Assembly: GCA_963806225.1 (NCBI GenBank)
Contig: CAWDXG010000004.1
Coordinates: 4,736,001-4,800,000 of the forward strand
Reading direction: 5' to 3'
DNA: 64,000 bases
Source of the DNA: an uncultured delta proteobacterium
GTDB lineage: Bacteria; Myxococcota_A; Polyangia; Polyangiales; Polyangiaceae
The notes below the pieces were generated by a model. The model was not told the DNA's origin. It was given only the letters and a program-made list of their open reading frames with translations, and did not search any database. A program made the position numbers and the translations under genes. Every line of letters starts with the position of its first letter. Within the stretch, counting starts at the first letter, position 1. Of the stretch, positions 48,805-58,700 are shown piece after piece.

Positions 48805-48890
48805 GCCCCGACCAGACAGCTCCCGGGCCGCAGAGTTCCCCGGCCGGAGCAGGCTCCCATCCGCCCCGGCTTCGGATATGCTCCGCGGCC

Positions 48891-50354
48891 ATGAGGCTTC
48901 GCTGGGTGCTGCCGGTCCCGTTGGTTTGTCTTTTCGCGCTGGGGTCGGGCTGCGGAGGACCGCAGATTGGCGGCTCGCATTCGAGCAGCGGATTGATCAA
49001 CGACACCGCCGTCGGCAAGGCGCGCTGCGAGGACGCCAAGCACCACCAGCTCAAGCCGTTCGTGGTCGAGTGGGACGCAACCGACCTGTCGGACTTCGAG
49101 GCGAAGGCCGCGCGCGACATCGTATTCGTCGACTACGAGGGCTGCGACCTGACGGTGCTCGACGGCTGCTCGGACAGCTCCATCCCCGGTCGCTACGGCA
49201 CCTACCAGCCCCCGCAGTTCACGAGCGGCACGCTGGAGGGCTTCGACATCAAGAACGAGGACCAGCTGTACGCCAACCTGCCGCTCGGCGCGGCGGCATT
49301 CGGCGCCAAGGTGAAGCACGGCGAGGCGCTCAAGCTGTCGTATTACGTCACCGGCATGGTCACCGCCACGCGCGACACCGTCGCGCACGACACGATCGCG
49401 AAGAACCCGCAGTGCAAGGGCGCCAACTACTTCGTGTGGGCCTACAACCTGGGCGCGTTCGATCTTTCCTCGGTGAACGACACCAAGGCCGCCGTCAAGG
49501 CCGGCTTCGGTAACATCGGCGGCGGTGCCGAGCACGAGCACGAGGCGAAGAACCTCAAGCAGGGGGGCGATCTCGAAAGCTGCAAGACCAACTCGCAGAC
49601 CCACTGTCGCGTGCCGATCCGGCTGGTGCTTCGCAAGATCGGCGAGGGCGGAGCCGAGGGCGGCGACGTGGCGGGCTCCGCGGCTCCCGCGCCGCCGCCG
49701 AACTACCAGAACACGCCGCAGGGCCAGGCTTCGGCCCTGCGCGCCTCGGCGCGCAACAAGGAGCAGAACGCCGGCGACGGCGCCGGCTGCCTGGCGGATC
49801 TCGATCGCGCCGACCGCATCGATCCGAGCGGCTCGCACGCGCCCCAGGTCGCGTACACGCGTGCGCTGTGCGAGATGCGCGTCGGCAAGTGCGACGACGG
49901 CAAGAAGCTCCTGCGCGACTACCTGAAGGCCCAGGACAAGGAGCATGCACAGACCGACGCCCAGCTCGACCAGTCGGTGAAGGTGATGGCGGACGCGAAG
50001 TGCCCGAGCTCGGAAGGCAAGCCCGACCAGCAGGTGCGCCGCGCCATGGCGCGCATCGCGGAGGCCGCGCAGAAGAAGAACGCCGAGGCGTGCCTCGAGG
50101 AAGCGCGCCGCATCGAGAAGCTCATCCCGCGCATCCCGACGAAACCGAACCCGAACGCGCGCAACATGGCCAACGCCGTGCTGATGCAGGCCGCGGTGTG
50201 TGTCGGCAAGGCCGGGCGCTGCAAGGAAGCGCGAAAGCTCTACGATCGCTACTACCACCTGCAGTTCAAAGGCACGATGAGCGAGCAGGCCATCCGCTCG
50301 GCCGAGGACCAGACGTTCTCCAGCACCGTCCGCGAGTGCGCCGGCAAGAAGTAG
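48891..50354 (+). CDS. Lipoprotein with C-terminal Cys-containing TPR-like helices
   Basis: GSGC lipobox; PFVVEWDATD...YEGCDL domain; ALCEMRVGKCDDG / AVCVGKAGRCKEA repeats. Confidence 0.8.
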   Translation: MRLRWVLPVPLVCLFALGSGCGGPQIGGSHSSSGLINDTAVGKARCEDAKHHQLKPFVVEWDATDLSDFEAKAARDIVFVDYEGCDLTVLDGCSDSSIPGRYGTYQPPQFTSGTLEGFDIKNEDQLYANLPLGAAAFGAKVKHGEALKLSYYVTGMVTATRDTVAHDTIAKNPQCKGANYFVWAYNLGAFDLSSVNDTKAAVKAGFGNIGGGAEHEHEAKNLKQGGDLESCKTNSQTHCRVPIRLVLRKIGEGGAEGGDVAGSAAPAPPPNYQNTPQGQASALRASARNKEQNAGDGAGCLADLDRADRIDPSGSHAPQVAYTRALCEMRVGKCDDGKKLLRDYLKAQDKEHAQTDAQLDQSVKVMADAKCPSSEGKPDQQVRRAMARIAEAAQKKNAEACLEEARRIEKLIPRIPTKPNPNARNMANAVLMQAAVCVGKAGRCKEARKLYDRYYHLQFKGTMSEQAIRSAEDQTFSSTVRECAGKK

Positions 50355-50433
50355 GCTTCCGGGGCCCGTCTCTCGACCGCTCGAGGTCTCGAGCGGGCTT
50401 CCGCTTGCGGTGCCGCGGCTGCATGATGGGTCC

Positions 50434-51171
50434 GTGATCCGTCTCACGGCTCTCATCGCCTCGGCCGGCCTGTCGCTCGTTGTGATCGGCGCGGCGCGGC
50501 CGGCCCACGCCTGAGGGCTCGCGGCGCCCGTCGGTCCGACGGGCTGCGAGGGTGGAGCGAACGACCAGGGCGCCGCGTGGATGGTCGGTGCCGGCTACGC
50601 GCACGTGTGGTCCGACCTGCGCTTCAATGGCGCGGAGAACTACCAGCTCCAGCAGGATTCAATCGTCGGGTCCTTCGGGCGGCGCTTCGACAAGCGCGTC
50701 TCGCTGCGCCTCTCGGCCGGCGCGCTGCTCGGCGGACACATGAGCGGCGAGGGCTACGACTACGATCTCGCGCCCGGTTGGATTGTTGCGGTCAGCGGCT
50801 CGTACCAGCTCTTCGGCGATCCCGGCCGTGTGCCGTTCCTCGTCGCGACGCTCACTTTCGGCACGTCCGGGACGCACTCGACCCAGCGCGGCGGCAGCGA
50901 GCGGACCTCGTTCTCCACCACCGATCTGCGCGTCGGCGTCATGTTCGGCTACACGCTGTGGAAGCGCGTGAGCCCCTACGCGGCGGTGCGCGGGTTCGGC
51001 GGACCGGTGGCGTGGCACCACGCCGGGCTCCCGTACACCGGCACCGATCGCCACCACTACACGCTCGGCGGCGGCGTCAGCGTGTCGCTGCCGCTCGGTC
51101 TCGATGTGCGCGTGGACGGGTCCGCTCTCGGGGAGCGCAGCGTGTCGGCCGGCCTTGCGCTTTCGCTGTAG
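50434..51171 (+). CDS. Putative selenocysteine-containing outer-membrane beta-barrel protein (UGA at 50512-50514 read as Sec)
   Basis: Signal peptide VIRLTALIASAGLSLVVIGAARPAHA, then TGA, then 22 open codons in frame with ORF 50581-51171 (amphipathic beta strands); SECIS-like hairpin follows the TGA. Confidence 0.75.
50518..50550 (+). promoter_or_regulatory. Bacterial SECIS-like element
   Basis: Upper stem GCCCGTCG/CGACGGGC starts 11 nt after the UGA, apical GGUC; lower stem CTCGCG/TGCGAG. Confidence 0.75.
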
Positions 51172-51272
51172 AGCGATACCGCCCGGTCGTTCAGTGGTTG
51201 CCCGCAAGTGGCCGGATCCACGAAAGAATTCGCTTCCTGTTCAGGCACGGCCCAGTGGTTATGATACCGCCA

Positions 51273-52694
51273 ATGTCGCTCGCCCAGCCTACGACCACTA
51301 CCACTCCATCCGAACAGCCCGACGGCAAGGAGATCGTCGAGACGGTCGCGCGCCTGCGCCGCGCCTTCGATTCGGGCGTCACCCGCCCGCTCGAGTGGCG
51401 GCTCTCGCAGCTCAAGCAGTTCGCCGCGATGCTCCGCGACAACGAGCCGGCGATGCTCGAGGCGCTCAAGCAGGACCTGGGCAAGCCCGAGTTCGAGGCC
51501 TGGATCGGCGAGACCGGCTTTCTGATGGGCGACGTGCGGTACGCCATCAAGCACCTGCACAAGTGGATGAAGCCGAAGAAGGTGAAGGCCCCGCTGGCGG
51601 CGCAGCCGGCCAAGGCGCGCGTCTACTCCGAGCCGCTCGGCGTGGTGCTGATCATCGCGCCCTGGAACTATCCGATCCAGTTGGCGCTCGCGCCGCTCGT
51701 CGGTGCCCTCGCGGCCGGCAACTGCGCCGTGATCAAGCCGAGCGAGGTGGCTCCCGCCTCTTCCGCGCTGATGGCGAAGCTGATTCCGAAGTACTTCGAC
51801 CGCGACGCCGTGGTCGTGGTCGAGGGCGGCGTGCCCGAGACCACGACGCTGCTCGCCCAGCGCTTCGACCACATCTTCTACACGGGCAACGGCACCGTCG
51901 GCCGCATCGTGATGGAGGCGGCGGCGAAGCACCTCACGCCCGTCACGCTCGAGCTCGGTGGCAAGAGCCCGGCCATCGTGGATCGCGACGTGGATCTCGA
52001 CGTGGCGGCGCGCCGCATCGTCTGGGGCAAGTTCTTCAACGCCGGGCAGACCTGCGTGGCGCCGGACTACGTGCTCGTGCACGAGTCGGTGGAGCAGGCG
52101 CTGCTGGAGCGGCTGCGCGCTACGCTCCGCGACTTCTACGGCGACGACCCGAAAGAGAGCCCGAACTACGCGCGCATCGTCAACAAGCGCCATCACGCGC
52201 GGCTCTCGCGCCTGCTCGACAGCGGCGAGAAGGTCGTCGGTGGCGAAACCGACGTCGAAAACAAGTACATCGCGCCCACCGTGCTGCGCAACGTGGACCC
52301 CGGCTCGCCAGTCATGGCCGACGAGATCTTCGGACCGATCCTGCCGGTGCTGGCGGTGCCCGACCTGGACGCGGCGATCGCCTTCGTCAACGAGCGTCCC
52401 AAGCCGCTCGCTCTGTACGTGTTCACCAAGGACAAGGATCACGCTGCGCGTGTTCTCGAGCGCACGAGCTCGGGCGGCGCGTGCGTGAACGACGCGGTCT
52501 CGCACCTGCTGCCGCCCGATCTGCCGTTCGGCGGCGTGGGTGAGAGCGGCATGGGCGCCTACCACGGCAAGGCCAGCTTCGACACGTTCACGCACAAGAA
52601 GAGCGTGCTCGACAAGCCGACCTATGTGGATCCGTCGCTGCGCTACCCGCCGTACGGCGGCGACAAGCTCAGGTGGGCCAAGCGGCTCGTCTAG
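51273..52694 (+). CDS. Aldehyde dehydrogenase (class 3-like)
   Basis: IIAPWNYP, KPSE, FYTGN, LELGGKSP, NAGQTCVAPDY, EIFGPILP, PFGGVGESG. Confidence 0.95.
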   Translation: MSLAQPTTTTTPSEQPDGKEIVETVARLRRAFDSGVTRPLEWRLSQLKQFAAMLRDNEPAMLEALKQDLGKPEFEAWIGETGFLMGDVRYAIKHLHKWMKPKKVKAPLAAQPAKARVYSEPLGVVLIIAPWNYPIQLALAPLVGALAAGNCAVIKPSEVAPASSALMAKLIPKYFDRDAVVVVEGGVPETTTLLAQRFDHIFYTGNGTVGRIVMEAAAKHLTPVTLELGGKSPAIVDRDVDLDVAARRIVWGKFFNAGQTCVAPDYVLVHESVEQALLERLRATLRDFYGDDPKESPNYARIVNKRHHARLSRLLDSGEKVVGGETDVENKYIAPTVLRNVDPGSPVMADEIFGPILPVLAVPDLDAAIAFVNERPKPLALYVFTKDKDHAARVLERTSSGGACVNDAVSHLLPPDLPFGGVGESGMGAYHGKASFDTFTHKKSVLDKPTYVDPSLRYPPYGGDKLRWAKRLV

Positions 52695-52733
52695 GTCGCG
52701 TCGGGGGGACCGACCAGAAGCCACGAAGCAACC

Positions 52734-53579
52734 ATGCCTGCTGTGACACTGGGCCCGTTGGCACGGGCGGTGCTGGCGCTTGCCATCTCGCACGCACCGC
52801 CCGGTCACTCGCCGTACTCCTACGAAGCGCTGCCTGCTTGCGGCACCGATCCGCAGAACCCGGCCTGCAAGCTCGAGCCGGTGTGCGCCGACCCGAGCGC
52901 ATTCTGCCGCGCGCCGCGTTGGAACGCCGCGCGCCATGCGTGGGTGCGCGTCGAGACGCGCGAGGCGGCGATCCAGCGCTACGTGCGCATCGCGAAGGAG
53001 CTGGCCGGCACGGCCCGGCGGTTGGCCCGCTGCCAGGCGCCCGACGGGGCACCGCTCGCCGACTGCAAGCCGATAGGTTGGCCCGGCAGCGAACGACAAT
53101 TGGCGATCGCTGCGCTGGCCGTGGCGCTTCACGAATCCGGACTGCGCGAGGACGTCCAGTTCGGCTACCCACCGCTCGGTCGCGGCCCGGCGGGCGAGGC
53201 CTGCCTGCTGCAGGTTGCGCTCGACCAGGGGCCGCGGCAGGCCCTGTGGCTGCCCGAGGAAGAGCGCGATCGCATCCGCGCCAGCGCTTCGGCTCGCGAA
53301 GCGTTCGCGAAGACCCTGCTCGGCGACTCACACCAGGCACTCGGTCACTGTTTCGAGGTCGGCATGCGCATGTTGAACGAGGCCCGTCACGCCTGTTCGC
53401 GCGCGGCGGTGCCCTGGGATACCGGCATGTTCTCCATGTACGGCAGCGGCTCCACCTGTCACGCCCAGGTGGGCCGCTCGCGCAAGAAGACCTTCGGCCG
53501 GCTGCTCGTCGGCAGCACCAAGCTGCCGGCGGACGCGGCCCGGCTTCTCGAAGGCGGCGCTGCGCCCGCTGCGAACTGA
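52734..53579 (+). CDS. Hypothetical protein, possibly lysozyme/transglycosylase-like
   Basis: AVALHESGLREDV...GEACLLQV...MYGSG..C; several Cys. Confidence 0.65.
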   Translation: MPAVTLGPLARAVLALAISHAPPGHSPYSYEALPACGTDPQNPACKLEPVCADPSAFCRAPRWNAARHAWVRVETREAAIQRYVRIAKELAGTARRLARCQAPDGAPLADCKPIGWPGSERQLAIAALAVALHESGLREDVQFGYPPLGRGPAGEACLLQVALDQGPRQALWLPEEERDRIRASASAREAFAKTLLGDSHQALGHCFEVGMRMLNEARHACSRAAVPWDTGMFSMYGSGSTCHAQVGRSRKKTFGRLLVGSTKLPADAARLLEGGAAPAAN

Positions 53580-53603
53580 GATGCGCGCTATGTTTGTCGC
53601 GGC

Positions 53604-54716
53604 ATGAGCGCGAAGTGGAAGCCGAGGCGTTCGAAGAAGCGCGGCGCGACGGCCTCGACGCTCGGGGCCGACTACGTGCGCCGCCCGGGCACCCGGTTGG
53701 GCGTGGTGGTGGGCGGCACGCGCTTCGGCGACGGTGCGGGCGCCGTGCGACATTTCCTCGATCTGCTCGACCTGGACGCCGCGGCGCCGTCGCTCGAGCG
53801 CATCGAGCTCGACTTCCTCGCCCATGGCTTCGCGCTGCACCCGAAGCGGCCAGGCCAGGCAGCGCTGTTCGAGAAGCGCGGCCCCGGCGCCTGCTGCGTC
53901 GATCTGGTCGAGCGCCGCGTGCTGTCGGTGATCGAGCCGATGCCGGGACATGCGTTCTACGGTCACGGCAGCTACGTCAAGAGCGGCCAGATCGTGCTTG
54001 GCGTCGAGATGGACCTCGCGAGCCGCGAGGGCGTGATCTCGGTCCGCGACGGCAGGACCTTTGCCGTCATCGATCGCTTTCCCACGTTCGGAGCGCGCCC
54101 GCACGACTGCGTGCTCGTCGACGGGGGCCGCACGCTCGCCATCACCAACGGAGGCGGCCCGATCGACGACAGCGAGCGGATGCCTTGCGTCACCTTCGTG
54201 GACGTAGCGAGCCGCAAGCTGCTCGACCGCTATCCGGTCGACAACCCGCGGCTGAACACCGGCCACATCGCATTCGAGAGCGATTGGAGCTTCGCCGTGG
54301 TCTCGGCGCCGCGCGACGGCCTTGCCGAGCTGACCGAGCCCGGCGGACTGTCGCTCCGCGTTGGGCAGGCGCCGATGGCGCACGTGCGCGAGCCGGCCGA
54401 GGTCGTCTCGCGTATGCTCGGCGAGTCGCTCAGCGTCTGCATCCACGCCGGAACGGGCGTCGTCGCGGTGACCAATCCATATGGAAGCCTGCTCAGCTTC
54501 TGGCGCATGGACGGCGCGCTGGTCGAGGCGCGCGAGCTGCCGAACGTACGAGGCGTCGCGCTGACACTCGACAAGCAGAACTACATCGTGTCCTACGGTC
54601 CATCGGCAGGCCTCGCGCTCCTCGATGCCGCGTCGCGGGAGCCCCTCGAGGGTCGGGAGCCTGGAAGTGGGCGATTTTCCGGCTCTCACATCTACACCTG
54701 GGCCTATCCTGCCTAG
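53604..54716 (+). CDS. DUF1513-like beta-propeller protein
   Basis: AHG...FEKRGPG, FYGHG, GVISVRD, FPTFG.RPHD, ITNGG. Confidence 0.8.
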   Translation: MSAKWKPRRSKKRGATASTLGADYVRRPGTRLGVVVGGTRFGDGAGAVRHFLDLLDLDAAAPSLERIELDFLAHGFALHPKRPGQAALFEKRGPGACCVDLVERRVLSVIEPMPGHAFYGHGSYVKSGQIVLGVEMDLASREGVISVRDGRTFAVIDRFPTFGARPHDCVLVDGGRTLAITNGGGPIDDSERMPCVTFVDVASRKLLDRYPVDNPRLNTGHIAFESDWSFAVVSAPRDGLAELTEPGGLSLRVGQAPMAHVREPAEVVSRMLGESLSVCIHAGTGVVAVTNPYGSLLSFWRMDGALVEARELPNVRGVALTLDKQNYIVSYGPSAGLALLDAASREPLEGREPGSGRFSGSHIYTWAYPA

Positions 54717-54846
54717 GCGCCGGTTATCGCGCGGCTGCACATTTTCGGGCGCGCGGCACATGCGTCAGCGATGTTTGCAGCGTGGTACGCTGCGGACATC
54801 CTGCTTCCGCTGCCGGGGGGCCGGCGCTGCGCACAGGAGCCTTGTC

Positions 54847-55581
54847 ATGAAATGTCGAACCCTGATTTCCGTCTTCTCCGGATCCGCGCTCGTGTTGGCG
54901 GCGACGACAGCCTGCGGCGGCTCGTCCAATGGCGATCTGTTCGGCGGCCAGGCCCACGGTGCGGCCGGCAGCAACGCCGGGGGCAGCCATGCCGGGGGCA
55001 GCACCTCGACGGGCGGTAGCGGTACCGGCGCGACCGGCGGCCAGGGAGCGGGCGGCACGGGAACAGGCGGGAGCTCCGGCAACAGCGCCGGCGGCAGCGG
55101 CACCGGCGGCAGCGGCACCGGCGGCAGCGGCACCGGCGGCAGCGGCACCGGCGGCAGCGGCGCCGGCGGCAGCGGCACCGGCGGCATGAGCGGTGGCGGC
55201 GGCACGAGCGGTAGCGGTGGCAGCGGTGGCGGGTCGGTCGCCTGCGGCTCCTCCACGTGCACGGCCGGTCCGGACTTCTGCTGCTACTACGTGGACGCCC
55301 AGCAGCCGGCGTGCAATCCGGTCGGGACGAAGTGCTCCCCCAGCACCGATCTATACTGCGATGGCCCCGAGGACTGCCCCGCGGGCTCGGTGTGCTGCGG
55401 CCAGCTGGTCCAGGTCAGCACAAGCAACGGCCAGAAGACCGTCTATAACGAGGTACGCTGCGCCCAGACCTGCGACTACAGCAAGTACCAACGCGAGTTC
55501 TGCCACAATACCTCCCAGTGCACCGGCGGGCGGACCTGTCACTCGAGCCAGTTCCTGTCCGCCTACAAGGTGTGCGGCTGA
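54847..55581 (+). CDS. Gly/Ser-rich, Cys-rich lipoprotein
   Basis: TTAC lipobox; tandem GGSGT (15-bp) repeats; CDGPEDCPAGSVCCG. Confidence 0.8.
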   Translation: MKCRTLISVFSGSALVLAATTACGGSSNGDLFGGQAHGAAGSNAGGSHAGGSTSTGGSGTGATGGQGAGGTGTGGSSGNSAGGSGTGGSGTGGSGTGGSGTGGSGAGGSGTGGMSGGGGTSGSGGSGGGSVACGSSTCTAGPDFCCYYVDAQQPACNPVGTKCSPSTDLYCDGPEDCPAGSVCCGQLVQVSTSNGQKTVYNEVRCAQTCDYSKYQREFCHNTSQCTGGRTCHSSQFLSAYKVCG

Positions 55582-55766
55582 GCGGGACACAGCGAACCCG
55601 GCGCGCGGATCCGGTCGCTTTTGGTTCCGGAAGGAAGCCTGCGCTAGGCTAGAGCCGTGGCGTGGCCGCGGGGGGCGGCGCACGAGGCGGTGGCCAGCCG
55701 GTTGCAGTGGTTCGACGGCTGATTGTCGTCGCCGTCGGCTCGAAATCTGTGCGAATAAGGAGAGGG

Positions 55767-58700
55767 ATGCGTCTCGGCAGTCTATTCGGTTCCGCGGTCA
55801 AGCTTTTCGGAGACCGCACCCGGCGCGCGTGGGCCGGTAGCACGCGCGCGCACATCGAATTCCGCGAGATCCCGGGCGAGGAGCTGGGAGAGTTCACGCG
55901 CCGCATCAAGGACGCCGTCGGGCGCATGCCCAAGGCGCGCTGGGTCGAGGTCAACCCGCACACGCGTCGCGTGGTCATCGCCTTCGAGCAGAACGCCTAC
56001 ACGCTCGCCCACCTGACGCGCGTGGTCGAGGACGCCGAGCGCGCCGCCCGCATCGAGGAGGCCGGCTTCGGCGATGACACGACGGAGCATCCCGCCGACA
56101 GCGAGCCGGAAGAACGGCTGCTGGTCCAGCTGGCCTCCGACCTGGCCGGTTTCGCCATCGGCATGGCGTTGCGGCTGTCGGTGTTGAGCCCGTCGTCGGT
56201 GGCCAGCAACAGCGCCGCCCTGCTCGCCATCCTGCGCGCTTCGCCGCGGCTGCGCCGGGGGCTGGACGAGCGGCTCGGCCCGCAGCGCGCCGATCTGGCC
56301 ATGAGCCTGGCGCTCGCGTTCGCGCAGGGTCTCGCGCAGCGCCCGGTCAGCTCGTTCGTGGACGTGGTGCACAAGCGCGCGCTGCTTCTGGAAGCGCGCT
56401 CGCGGCGCCGCGTGTGGGAACAGCGCGAGCCCGAGCTGTGCAGCGAGCCTGTCGATCACGGCTCCGACCGGGTCGGCGCCGAGCCGCGGCCCTGCCCGCT
56501 GCCGCGCGGCCCCATCGAGGAGTACGCCGATCGCGCCTGGATCGTCTCGCTGGGTGGCTTCGGCGTGAGCTTCCTCACCACCCGCAGCTTCCAGCGTGCG
56601 GTCGCCGCGTTGTTCGGCGGCTTGCCCAAGCCCGCCCGCTACGGTCGCGACGTGTTCGCCGCGGAGCTCGGCCGGGTGCTCGGCAATCGAGGCGTCCTGG
56701 TCCGGGATTCCGGCGCACTCCGGCGTCTGGATCGCCTCGACTGCCTGGTTCTGCAGGGGGATCTCGGTTTCCCGCGACGAGTTCAAGGTCGGCGAGGTGC
56801 TCACCACCGACGCCGTCGAGGCGGGCGAAGCCCGGCGTCTGGCCGAGTCGCTGTTCGACTCGGATCACCCGATCGAGGTCAGGCGCCGCGACGGCTGGTC
56901 GCTCGGCCCACCGCGCATGCTGGGCGCGATCATGGACGACGGGCTCGACGAGCAGGGCGCCAGGCTCGCTCGCGGCGGAGCGCTCGTGCTCGGGCTGAGT
57001 CGCGCGGGCGAGGTGGCAGCACTCGTCGAGATCCACCTGATCGCCCGCACCGGCATCGACGAGCTGATCGGCGCCGCCCACGAGGCGCAGATGCGCGTCG
57101 TGATCGCCGCCGGCGACGAGTCGGTTCTGCACGGCCTCAACGCCGACGACGTGATCCCCGAGGGCGAAGGCCTCCGGAGCGGTCTCCGCCGCCTGCAGCG
57201 CGAGGGACGCACCGTGTGCCTGGTCGGCACGGGCTCGTCGCCGGGGCTGCCCATCGCCGACGTGTCGATCGGCCTGATCCGCGCCGGCGAGCCGGTGCCG
57301 TGGGGCGCGCACCTCGTATGCGGCGAGGACCTGACCAACGTCCGCTTCGTGATCCGCGCCTGCGTCAACGCGCGGCAGATCGCCAAGCAGAGCGTCAACA
57401 TCGCGCTGGGCGCCGCCACTCTGGGTGCCATCGTGTCCGCCGGCGGGCTGTTGCCGATGACCACGCGCCGCGTGATCATGGTCGTCAACACGGCGACGCT
57501 CGTGTCCATGGCCAATGGCGTGCGCGGCTCGTCCTCGCTGGCGCGCAGAGCGTTGCCGGCGCCTCGCGACCGCACGCCGTGGCACGCCCTGGATCCGCAT
57601 GGCGTCTTGCGCCGTCTGGAGAGCTCCGAACGCGGCCTCACCCGTCACAGCGTGGCCGAGCGCGCCAAGCCGGGCACGCCGGAAAAGCCCGCGCTGGTCG
57701 AGCTGGGCGAGGCCATCACCGACGAGCTGTTCAACCCGCTGGCGCCGCTCCTGGCTGCCGGCGCGGGTCTGTCCGCCGTGGTCGGTTCGATGGCCGACGC
57801 GGCCATGGTCGGCGGCGTCGTCGTCTTGAACGCCCTGGTCGGTGGCGTGCAGCGCTTCCGCACCGAGCGCGCGATCCGCGATCTGGCGCGCACCGCCAAA
57901 CGCCGCGCGCACGTCCGGCGGGGCGGCATCGAGCGCGACATCGACGCCGGCGAGCTCGTGGTCGGCGATGTCGTCCTGCTCGGGCCGGGCGAGCTGGTAC
58001 CTGCGGACTGCCGCATCGTGGAGGCGGAGTCACTCGAAGTCGACGCGTCCAGCCTCACGGGCGAGTCGCTGCCCGTGCCGAAGAGTGCCGCGCCCTCCTA
58101 CGAGGTCGAGGTCGCCGACCGCACCTCGATGCTGTACGAGGGCACGTCGATCGCCGCCGGTCGCGCGGTTGCCGTCGTGATCGCGGTCGGTGATGAAACG
58201 GAAGTCCGGCGCGGCGCGCGCACATCTGGCCCCAACCCCGTGCAGAGCGGTGTCGAGCAGCGGCTCCGCTCGCTCATCGACCTCACCGGTCCGGTCGCGC
58301 TTGGCGCCGGCGTAGGGCTGGTCGGCGCTGGACTGCTCCGCGGCCGGCGCCTGGACGAGCTGGTGGGCGCTGGCGTCAGCCTCGCCGTCGCCTCGGTTCC
58401 GGAGGGCCTGCCGCTCCTGGCCACGGCGGCCCAGCTCGCCGCGGCCGAACGGCTTTCGCGCCGCGGTGCGCTGGTGCGCAATGCCCGCAGCATCGAGGCC
58501 CTGGGGCGCGTCAACGTCATCTGCGTCGACAAGACGGGCACCGTCACCGAAGGTCGCATCGAGCTCGGCAGCGTGTCCGACGGCAAGCTCGAGGAGCCCA
58601 TTGTCGAGCTGACCGCAGCGCGGCGCGAGGTGCTCGCCGCCGCGCTGCGCGCCACGCCGGATCCGCGTCACGCCGAGGCGCGCAGCGACCCCACCGACGC

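Noticed and set aside
55085..55190. 15-bp tandem repeats (also 18-bp near 19250 and 21-bp near 41000) as a CRISPR array
   Set aside because: No unique spacers; units are multiples of 3 encoding Gly/Ser linkers; no cas genes
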